The position numbers were made by a program, and so were the translations under genes. Below, one piece after another: positions 46,811 through 64,000 of a stretch of DNA of 64,000 nucleotides (positions within the stretch are counted from its first letter, which is position 1; each line of letters starts with the position of its first letter). A model generated the notes under the pieces. The model made no database searches. It had not been told where the DNA came from and saw nothing but the letters and a program-made list of their open reading frames with translations. Source of the DNA: Amoebidium appalachense. Its lineage: Eukaryota > Protista > Ichthyosporea. Location: NCBI GenBank assembly GCA_963693365.1, contig CAVNZM010000005.1, forward strand, positions 2,780,342 through 2,844,341, read 5' to 3'.

Positions 46811-47303
46811 ACACACACCACACACACACACAGACATGTGCGCCCGCACGCACACACACACACACACACACGGCGCGCGCACCGTGACATGCTGAATGGA
46901 TAAAATTGTGGCACTTGCATTCGTCCACACAGCACAAGGTCTATAGACACACGACCACAACCATCTTTTATAACACACCCATATCCACTTAACCCTTTGG
47001 CAAACATTCTTGCCACATCAGCACACTAGCAAATCTTGCCGGTTCGTAGTTGAACCGATGAAGAGTGCGTGTTTAAAGGTCTATTGGTAGGTTTTGGTTG
47101 GAGGGGAGGCCTGGTGTCCCCAACTAGGGAAGCTGTGGCAAACCCCCTGGGGTATATGTGCACTAGTAGTTAGGATTGGTAAAGGCGCATCAACTTAGCT
47201 GACTGGGCCATTTGCACCCTAGCTAGGGTTAAGTCGGTTCTTAGTGGATGATGGTAGTTCCCATCCGGAACCCAAAATTTCAAAGCCCCCCGGCCCCCCT
47301 CCG

Positions 47304-47336
<33 letters not shown>

Positions 47337-47974
47337 AGCAAAAAGAATCAAAAATGAAAACAAAACACCCACCCACACACCCCTTGCTAGCAGTACCCAA
47401 TGGATCATTCCGCACACACACAGATTGTCAAGCACACACTTCAAGCTGTTACACACAACACAAACATACTCGCACATTGTGGGCACGATAATAAAGTCGC
47501 CCCAATCATCAAGCGAAGTGCCGATCGAAGCAACGTAGGCTCAAGAAGTTGTTGAGTAGGGGAAATTAAGGCGAGGTGTGTAGGAGGGAGTCGCTTGGCG
47601 GGGAAGGGGCGGAGCGGGGGGGGGGGGGGGGGGGGGGGGGGGGAGGGAGGGGGGGGGGGGGGGGGGAGGGGTTAGACCAACGCCCAATGGGCCGAGGCAT
47701 CACAAGCAAAAGTGGACACTGGGTCACTCTGAGCACTCATTTCCCAGCCGGGGGGAGGGGGGGGGGGGAGGGGGGGGGGGGGGGGGGGAGGAGGAGAGTG
47801 GGCTTACCCACCCCTACTGTGGCTATTTCGGGGGATTCATCAACTCCTCTAGCAGGTGGGTCCCCGTCTCCCCTCCCCCTCCCTCCCCCCCCCCACCCAC
47901 CCCACCCCCACCCCCTCCTCCCCCACCCGCCCACACCCCCGGATCCAGAGGAATTTCAATATTATGTACTGCCC

Positions 47975-48007
<33 letters not shown>

Positions 48008-48708
48008 TCCCTGCCTCTCCCCCGGGGCCCCCTGCTCCGGCCAAGTAGATGTGCGCTACTGCTAGCATGATTATTAGTTAGTGATTCTTGACCATCCCCC
48101 CCCCCCCCCCCCCCCCCCCCCCCCACCACCACCACCACCATCACCAACAGGCTGCCCCCGGTCCTTCGGCCTTGTTCACACCCAGGGCCTGCTGTGCAAG
48201 CCGACATGTGCAGCCCTGTGCAAATTTCACCAGATCTAGATAGAGAGGGTTCCTGCGTTTCCATGATGAATATACAAGATTGCACAAAGAATTTTACATA
48301 AATCGATGCCTTTTCGCCGGCGCCACCTCCTGGCATTCTGTATTCGTCACGCTCAGCCCAACACCAACATGCATAATAGGTACCGGCGGTGCACGTGTCT
48401 TCTCGAACTTCCGGATCCACACGTCTGATGTCCACGCGAGCACGGTAGTGACGGTACACACATATGCTTCAAATCATAATGATTGCGTCGTAACCTTATA
48501 TGGTTAGCAACACAAACCGCATGTGATTGGTCAATGCAGGCAAACAAGGACTTAATTGCCGGGATAAACAAAAATCTAGACTGAGTACCAATCTCTCCGG
48601 TCACTATGAGCGTAAAGTGAAGTGAACTGAAGAAGTAACTTAGACCTCTCAAGCGCTTTCTCCGAAAAATAGAGCCTTCTCGCCATTTTATTTCCCCAAT
48701 TCACAAAC

Positions 48709-49254
48709 ATGGTCGCCGCTCTCATCCTCCAGTCAACTGCCGCCCTTGCGTCCGCCCTCGCCTCCATCGGCTCCCCCATGCCCGTGCGCTGTGTGCCCGA
48801 TTGCATCGCAACATATGAAGCCACAAACAGTCTCCCCCCCCTACGTGTTCGCGTCAGAAGCTGCGCCCAAACTGCTCTCTCAGTAACGTCCCAAGACACA
48901 GAAGATATTCCAATTCCAGGCAACCGGAGAGCTGCCTCCCTTGCAGCTGCAGCCGTTGCCAGCGCCCAGGACGGGGCCCAGGTACCATGGTCGCCATGGT
49001 TCAACTAGCCAGAGGGTACGGTGTAGGGTATGCTTTCACGGTCCGTGCCGACCCCAATCAAAGACGATGACCGGGTGGCTGCGGGGTCTGTGGCTGTGGC
49101 CAAACACCGCGTACAGGTTAGGGCCGCACTCAGGGCTGGGCGGGGGAGCTATGTGGAGCGCAACACGCAGTTCTTCTCCTACTGGGCGGGCATCGACGAC
49201 CAGCAGCTGCAGCTCTGCAAAGCAAAATGCTGCCGCTTGTTTCCGGGCTTCTAA
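48709..49254 (+). pseudogene. Disrupted duplicate of the 43705 Cys-rich gene
   Basis: Colinear with copy 1 but has in-frame TAG at 49006-49008 and 49024-49026 (within a short insertion), and loses several Cys (CVKSC>RVRSC, CSTQC>RNTQF, terminal C>stop). Confidence 0.8.
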
Positions 49255-49828
49255 TGCTGAGGCATATTCTTTAAAAAAAAAAAAAAAAAGAGCGTTCAAG
49301 CCGTTGTGTTATTTAGGTCATGGTATCGCAACCATGTTATCCCCCAGCTAATAGTATATATTCTGACGTATGCAGACCTAGAGCCGTTGCCTCCGTGAGG
49401 TGAAGTTGGAGTAAAAAAGAAAAATAGAATATGAACAAAATGATATATATGAACGTCCAGCCAGGGGTGGGTGACTCGGAGTCGGCATATGTGATCATAG
49501 TACGAAGAGCTGGTTCCATTGCATATGCATGCAATGTACGCGTAGTATATTAACAATCATCCATAATAGACCCGTCAGTGGTCACTAGCTGTTGTACAAC
49601 AAGTAACCATAACCCACATTCCCGTTTTGGCGCGGTTAATCTTCTTGATGTATCCCTACTAGGCCTGAGCGAGAGGCATTCATGTATGGTAAGTAACCAG
49701 GTTGTTCAAGTCTGTGTGCTCACACATATGCCTGTAGGGGACCGACAACGATGCTTTGTGTTGGGGTGAGTGAATCTGTGCTTGCAGTGCGGTAACCCGT
49801 TAGCAGAGAGAGATCTAGAGAGAAAGAG

Positions 49829-49906
<78 letters not shown>

Positions 49907-49917
49907 GGGGGGGGGGG

Positions 49918-50013
<96 letters not shown>

Positions 50014-50320
50014 TTGAGGAGCAGGACCGGTGTGAGGGGGGAGGCCCGAGGGAAAGAGGATGGGGGGGAGGGAGGGGGAAGGGGGAGAGAGGGAGGGAGA
50101 GGGAGGGAGAGAGCGGGGAGGGGGCCGGGGGTGAGGAGAGACAGAGAGAGGGGGGGAGAGGGGAGGGGAGAGAGAGAGGAAGGAAGAGAAAGAGGGAGGA
50201 AGAGAGAGGGGGGGGGAGGGAGAGAGAGGGGGGGGGGGAGAGAGAGAGAGAGAGAGAGAGAGAAAGTTGGGGGAGGGGGAGGGGGGAGGGAGAGAGAGGG
50301 AGGGAGGGAGAGAGGGGGGG

Positions 50321-50483
<163 letters not shown>

Positions 50484-50910
50484 GGGGAGGGGGGAGAGGG
50501 TATGTTTATGGTCTCAAGGAAAACACGTGTTTTAGTTACCAAAACTTCCATGGCCGGGAAATCATAAAAAACGTAATTATCATAGTCATGAACAAAATGC
50601 GCTGTGTGCTTAAAAGTTGAATTGATTGCTTGCACAGAAAAGTCAACATCACTCCGCGACATTATCCAGATTCTGAGTATCGTAACGCCATAGCATAATA
50701 CGATGAGTCATGTTGTCCTTCACATGGCATAGTGTTCAAATACAAAATGTACACTGAAAGTCAATATGACGTATGTGTGTGTGTGTCACTTTGTACGGTG
50801 TGCATGTGCGTGTATCTTTGTGTTTGTGTGTGTTTGTGTGTCCTTGCGCAAGGGTGTGTGTGTTTGTGTGTGTGTGTGTGTGACCGTGACAGAGAGAGAG
50901 AGGGGGGGGG

Positions 50911-51000
<90 letters not shown>

Positions 51001-51152
51001 ACGTATGTGCCATGGCCATGGTGTATATGCGTGTGCTTGTGTGTGCGTGTTCGTGCGCGCGCGTGCGCGCGCGTCACGGTGTGTGTGTGTGATACTGTGT
51101 GTGTGTGTGTGCTTGCGTGAGGGTGTGCGCGCTTGTGTGTACATGCCATATG

Positions 51153-51269
<117 letters not shown>

Positions 51270-51573
51270 TCACGCGCGCTTGCACGTGCCAGCGCGGGGA
51301 GAGGAGGGGAGGAGGGGGAGTTGGGGTCAGGGGAGGCCTTTGGGGGGAGGGGGGGGGGGGGGGGCTGATAGTAGGCAGGGAAAGAAATATCTGGTCATAC
51401 AGTGATAAAGATCATAAAATGCGCCTCATGCAATTGCTGGGCCAGGCACGTGGACCTGACTCATATCGGTACCGGGAGCCTCTTCTACCAAGCGCTGCAG
51501 CTGGCTGGTGTAAATATGTGGTATTGCATTTTTAGGGTAGCCCAGAGAAGTGGGACGTGCTCATGATCAGTCG

Positions 51574-51604
<31 letters not shown>

Positions 51605-52323
51605 CGGGTGCGGTGTTCAGAACATAACTTACAGTATGATATGTAGCCTACGGTACACATGTTCAACACATATCTTTGCCTCGAGTAAACAGCGTAATCC
51701 CCATGTCACACGTTCCTACGTATACTTTGTCTTTGATGTGGACGGCTATAGCTAGCTGGGCTGTACCAATGTGGAAATGGCCCCTGCCAATGTTACGGTC
51801 ATTGCAATGGTTCTCTGTCACCCATATTCTTGCCCAAGCGCATGTACATGTGATGCACTTTCGGGCACTGGCAGGCCAATGTACATGCTGGCATGGCCGC
51901 CCGGTACACACGTGTGCCCGCGCGCCAGGCGCGCCAACGTGCACCCAGAAGTTCACTTGAACGGGCGGCAGGCTGGTATGTAGATCTCTTGGAGATATTT
52001 GCCAATCAAAACAATATTCACTTCCGATTGGTCGTTGCTACAGCCTTTGCTAGAAAAGTCCACAGCATCGCGGAAGCGCAAACAACGTTAACGCGGCCTG
52101 TAGCACACACATAATAATAATGAGCTCTATAAGCTTCCACCTACATTTCTACACTCACAATGCATTTAGGCCTACACTCATTCATTCAAGTGGGCGTATG
52201 GCGGTCAAAACAATCAAACTGTGGAATGTTCCCCGTTCAACAGAAATTCCATTTTCCACCAGGAGAATCTAGATTCTGGCCACAGTGGCACAGCACAGCG
52301 ATTCGCTAACACTTCATCGCTTC

Positions 52324-52486
52324 CAGGGGTTGCCTGGGTTTGGCGCTCTTAATCGTATTTAGTCAAATTCCGAGTATTTTGACACCCTTCAGGGTCGTAT
52401 TCACTAATTGAATGCCCCTTTTTAATCGTATTGCGGGGTTTCCTAGATCGTATTTTGGGCCAATACGATTCGTAAGGCAAACCCTG
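52324..52486. mobile_element. 163-bp hAT-type MITE with 8-bp TSD
   Basis: TSD ATCGCTTC at 52316-52323 and 52487-52494; TIR CAGGGGTTGCCT...AGGCAAACCCTG; internal repeated TCGTATT motifs. An 8-bp TSD with CAG ends is typical of hAT elements. Confidence 0.88.
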
Positions 52487-52772
52487 ATCGCTTCCAGAAG
52501 GGGCAGAAACGCCCCGGTCGAAACCAATTTCTGCAGGATCTCGAAAGGCTCAGTAAAGGAGGATTAGGTGCTGCAGATAAATCAAAGAACACTGTTATAT
52601 TAATGATAAAAAATCATAATATACATGTCAATGTATAACATTTAGTGTTTATCGTTCATACATTACTGTGTGCTGGTGACGTATTAGCTGAAAAGCCCTC
52701 CGATTTCTTCTTACCCGCCTCATTACCAAAAAAGGTGATCTGCATTTTATCTTGATGAATCGATAAGCTGAA

Positions 52773-52816
52773 CCAATCATAACGGAGAATGACCGCCATG
52801 AGTGAGCCTATAAAAA
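52773..52816 (+). promoter_or_regulatory. CCAAT and TATA boxes of the ROK kinase gene
   Basis: CCAAT 52773-52777 and TATAAAAA 52809-52816, about 130 bp before the ATG. Confidence 0.6.
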
Positions 52817-52941
52817 GCATAAACGCTCCACAACAACTGTCAACAGTTCTCCACTTTTTATTTTATTTTTTTCTTGAAACGTAAACGCAAAAAATATCTA
52901 AGTTTTTTCTCCGCCCCGTACACGGTGCAAACAAACTCAAA

Positions 52942-53904
52942 ATGTCTGACCTTTTCATTGGTATCGATCTCGGTGGCACCAATGCCAAAGCCGGTATTGT
53001 TGATTCCACAGGCCACATGCTTATTCGCAAGGAGAAACCCCTTAAAGATCTCGCCCCAGAAAAGGTGGTGGCCGACTTGGTCGAGTGTGCCTCCGAGGCG
53101 CTTAAAGAAACCAACCACACGTGGAAGGATGTCGTCTGCATCGGCATCGGTTCACCTGGCGGTATCCAAGATGGGTGTGTGACGGCAGCAGCTAACTTCC
53201 CAACGTGGAAGATGGTTCCTCTTGCAGACATGATTTCAAAGGCCGCCAACGGAACACGTGCTATTCTCGTGAACGACGCAGATGCAGCGGTAGCCGCCGA
53301 GGTTTGGGTTGGGGCAGCAAGAAAGAGGGGTGTTAAAAACATGGTTATGCTCACCCTGGGCACTGGTGTTGGTGCCGGTGTTGTTATCAATGGAGAGATT
53401 ATCTCAGGGGCCACTGGGCTCATTGAGGGGGGCCATATGATAGTGGAGAGGGACGGGGATGCATGTGGGTGCACACAACGCGGCTGCCTCGAAGTCTACG
53501 CGTCGGCTTCGGCGGTGGCACGGCGAGCAAAGGAAGCTGCAAATAAGTCCGGGGTGAACTCGGTGTTGTCGGGTAAGGAAGGCTTCGGGTCGAAGGAGGT
53601 TTTCGATGCTGCCATGCACGGGGATGAGGTTGCCACGAAGGTGATTGACGAGGCCTGTGACTACCTTGGGTTTGCCTGCGTCAACGTGTGCCGCTTGCTC
53701 GACACGGAGCTTATTGTCTTTGCCGGGGGTATGACCCGTGCAGGTGACTTCCTGTTTGACCGCCTGAGGAAGGCCTACTCAAAGTATGCCTGGACTAAGC
53801 TGCCCAATAACGTGCAGATTGTGGGGGCTGAGGTTGGGGATGACTCTGGCATTATCGGTGCGGCAGCTATGGCTAAGAGACACGTGACGGGGAGTCTAGT
53901 CTAG
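52942..53904 (+). CDS. ROK-family sugar kinase (glucokinase/hexosamine kinase-like), intronless, 320 aa
   Basis: IGIDLGGTN ATP motif, IGIGSPG, NDADAA..AE, LTLGTGVGAG, EGGHM, Zn motif CGCTQRGCLEVYAS, C-terminal GIIGAA. Confidence 0.96.
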   Translation: MSDLFIGIDLGGTNAKAGIVDSTGHMLIRKEKPLKDLAPEKVVADLVECASEALKETNHTWKDVVCIGIGSPGGIQDGCVTAAANFPTWKMVPLADMISKAANGTRAILVNDADAAVAAEVWVGAARKRGVKNMVMLTLGTGVGAGVVINGEIISGATGLIEGGHMIVERDGDACGCTQRGCLEVYASASAVARRAKEAANKSGVNSVLSGKEGFGSKEVFDAAMHGDEVATKVIDEACDYLGFACVNVCRLLDTELIVFAGGMTRAGDFLFDRLRKAYSKYAWTKLPNNVQIVGAEVGDDSGIIGAAAMAKRHVTGSLV

Positions 53905-54820
53905 TTAAAGAACACAGCGGATGAATTCTAAAATAGGTACGACGAATTACCATGTAGTTATGTGGAAGGGGGGGAGGGGGGAATGGGGGGGGATGAGGTT
54001 GGTCCAAAGGGGATAGATATCTCACCGTACTTCTTTGCTCTGAACTTGAAGTCGACTGTAAACAGGGACATAACGTATATTACGGTGTGGTGTGTAACGG
54101 TTGTGTGTGATAACTTTCAAAAGCTCTTTTTAAATTTACCATATGGTCAACACATATGGTTATCGTCGCTGTTTTCTTTGCAAATTTCTGGTGACATACT
54201 TTTTAGTACGCGAAAACAACATATGTATTTGGACGAGATACAATCTATACTGCTCTCTCCCTGTCAAACTAATAGCAGTACCTCTTGTTTATCTTCATAA
54301 ACACTTGGACAACACAAACATAATATTACTGTACCGTGTGACTTTGTGTCCCGTCCTTTGTTATTCGCACCTTTCCCCTATACCCCAATACGCACTGTTT
54401 CCCCCTACTTTTTCTCGAACGCAGTCCCCCCCTTCCCCCCCCCCCCCCCCCCCCCCCCCTGCCGCCGCCGTGTACTTCGACTGTAGACAGAACGACACCC
54501 CCCCCCCCCAGCCCCTTCCTCTCTCGACCCCCCCCCCCCTTCCCCTCCTTCTTCTCCTCGTCCCCTCCCCCCTTCACCCATCTTTTTCCCCGCTTGACTA
54601 TCTGACCGAATAGCCTTGATATAGTATTATGAGCCACTCTTTTCACCTCCCCCTTCCTCCTGCGTTATCTTACTAAGGTTACGATTCAGTTCCCCCCCAC
54701 CCCCACCTCACCCCCCTGCACCTTCCCCCTCCCCCGCTCCCTCCCCCTCCTCCTCTGCCTATTGAATTTCCCCGCCTTGGGTGCACCTGCAATGTTGCCT
54801 GAGCCAATTGAGTTTAAAGA

Positions 54821-54864
<44 letters not shown>

Positions 54865-54934
54865 CCCCCCACCCCCCTCCTCGTCCCCATCGATATCCAC
54901 CATCAAAAACGTATCTGCGGGTCCTTTCAGCCCC

Positions 54935-54989
<55 letters not shown>

Positions 54990-55026
54990 ACACACCACCA
55001 CCACTACCACACACACCATAGGGCCA

Positions 55027-55128
55027 AATAGTCACAACCGCTGGACTGGGCCGGGAATTGGATAGAATCAAATCTAATACGCCGATTGGATCCGCAATTC
55101 CACTTTAAAATTTTTGGTTGTGACTATT
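55027..55128. mobile_element. About 100-bp inverted-repeat-bounded element (possible micro-MITE)
   Basis: AATAGTCACAACC (55027-55039) and its perfect reverse complement GGTTGTGACTATT (55116-55128). Confidence 0.5.
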
Positions 55129-57239
55129 CGGTTAGATAACACGCACACACACACAGGTATGCACACACATCATTTTATCATTCGGTGCCCCTTCAATCCT
55201 CATACGCCCATTTAACAAAGCTACACATTTGACTGAAGGTGAACCAGCATGCAGTATATATGCACCATCAAGGTCGCACAAGGCATCTCTCCTCCCCCTT
55301 CCCCCCCCCCTCCCTCCCCCCCCTCCCCCCCTCCCCCCCCCCCCCCCCCCCCCCCCCCTCCTCCCCGCCGCCCGCCCACCCCCACCCCCACCCCCTTCCC
55401 CTCCCTCCCTCCCTCTGCGCTGCAGCAGAGCTATCGTTCAAGAAAAGTATTATATGGTGAGCAGGAGTGAAGGTATGGGCACTTGGGTGCTGAGGGGCGC
55501 CAGGTGGGGGGGTGGGGTGGGTGTGTGTGTCTGTTTGGAGGGGGGGGGGGGGGGGGGGGGGGGGGAGAGAGAGAGGGACGGGCAGGATTGGCAACAAAGT
55601 GTGTACAGCGTGCTACTCGGGAACAGCCACTACTACCTTTGGAGGTAGCTCTTATTTTTCAAGGCGATCTTGAATTCGAAACCAGAAGTTCCCTGCGCGG
55701 CCGACTGATCTCAGGCCAACTCATACCCTTAAAAAATAGAGCAGACTTGGTCATACGGCGGCTGAGGCGACAGTCGCACGTGGCAGGTACAGGCACGTTG
55801 CCATTCAGCGGGCTTTCAACACACTCACACCCACACACAGTACCCAGACATGCAATCGCACTGTTGTAACTGCGCATATTACTCCAAGAGGCCTCGAGGG
55901 TGGTGCACAGTTTATCGGATTTACCAAGGCCTTCACCCACGTGATCACTCTATCCCACTGCGTAGAGCTCGTGCTTTCTGAGACCAACTCCCCCCCCCCC
56001 CCTCCCCCCTTCCCCCCTAAGGCTCCCCCCCCCCCCCCCCCTCTCTCTCTACCTGGCCTCCCTCCTACCTCCCCTTAGAGATCTCTCAATTGCAATGAGA
56101 CGTGCTCTCTCCCTCCCTCCCTCCCTCCCTCTCTCTATCTCTGAGACTCTCTCTCTCCCCCCCCCCCCCCCCTCTCTCTCTCCCTCTCTCTCCCTCTCTG
56201 TCTCCACGTGCTCTCTCTCTCTCTCTCTCTCCCTCTCCCTCTCCCTCTCCCTCTGTCTCTCTCTCCTCGCGATCCTCCCTGGCCCCCTTCCTCCCGTCGC
56301 ACTCCCTTCTCCCCCCCCCCCCCCCCCCCCCACCCACACACGTGCACCTACCCTCCCCCATTTGGGTGGGCCCCCTCTCTCAGCCCAGTCACTCTCTTCC
56401 CCCCCCCCCCCCCCCCCCACCCAAAAAAAACAAAAAAACAACAACAACAAAAAAAAAAAAAAAAAAAAAAAAAACACGTCAGGAATTAATGGCTACCACG
56501 AGGAAATCTCTCACTAAGCCATTTGTATGTGCATGCGGGCACAAATTGTGATGCACATTAACGGATTGGGCTCACCGTGACTGTAAAAGCAAACCCAGCA
56601 CAAACGTGATACAACAACAACGAACATGTGCTATATTATATTTTTATTGACCTTAGTCTGTCAAATCTGAATATAACCGTAGCCAATCATAAGACCGGGC
56701 ATCTAAACTAAACAGCAGTATGATACATAAATATGCTTAGAAATCAACATATTTTTGGGATCATTGCATCTACATTGACTAATGATGAGCTGGCTACCCG
56801 ATTATACGAGAACAGCCAGTCAGTGATATCCATGTTTACATACACAAGTATACGGTACACATCAATCCCTGTAATATATCCATAAATGAACTCTATGCAA
56901 TCAAAAGAAGCATGCACCTTAGCGTTGTTACACTATGATGGAAATGGCTGGCTCGTTCTTTAATGTTTACCAGTATCCATAGGATAAACACTTAAAATCA
57001 TACCCACCCACCCATGATACATTCCATGCCATCGATGTCGTTATCCTTACCCCTGGCAATGTTAGAGATGCAAGACAGTAAACAGAAATACCCATCGAAT
57101 CACTCATATATACATGATGACCGCTATAAATTGGTTTACATAGTTTACATGCATTGTTCTTACTAATTAGGCTAATCGTTCTTGCATCCATCATCCCCAC
57201 ACACTCATGTTGCTGTAATACATTCTGAAAGGAATCTAA

Positions 57240-63744
<6,505 letters not shown>

Positions 63745-64000
63745 CTGATTGGTGGTTATTTTTAGTACCCAATCAAAGCACACAACCACAAATCATAATC
63801 GTGCCCCATCTACCGCCCCTGCAAAAAAAAAAAAAAAGCTGCAACGAGGCACTCTTTCATCAGTGAATACGATCAGAACCTCAAACGCGCTCTCTCTTTA
63901 TTTTGCATTCTTTTTGCCCTCATCTACCACCCCCTTCCCCAACTTTCTACGGCTGATGTCCACCACTCTACCCGACTACTTCCACACAAAGAAATCAAAC

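Overview
Eukaryotic genomic DNA dense in microsatellites ((CA/TG)n, (GA/TC)n, long poly-C/G runs); most supplied ORFs are repeat-derived noise. Reading splice sites by hand gives three intron-containing genes: the 3' end of an unknown gene (+, to 3783), a complete 15-exon LysM+TLDc OXR1/NCOA7-like gene (+, 6189-22152, about 612 aa) and the 3' part of a tyrosine-kinase/TKL-type gene (-, 57240 to beyond 63744). Between them lies a transposon-rich block with only intronless recognisable genes: two paralogous cationic amino-acid transporters, a bacterial-type ROK sugar kinase, and a small twin-CX3C Cys-rich protein plus its pseudogenised duplicate. Mobile elements include a complete tRNA-derived SINE with 15-bp TSDs, an RNase H-bearing LINE remnant that shares the SINE's 3' tail, a second LINE RT, a Penelope-like fragment and several MITEs. 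The most notable pattern is a transcript-oriented intron grammar: C-runs just after 5' splice sites and (CA)n running into the 3' AG in place of a polypyrimidine tract. All gene models are manual and lack RNA evidence.
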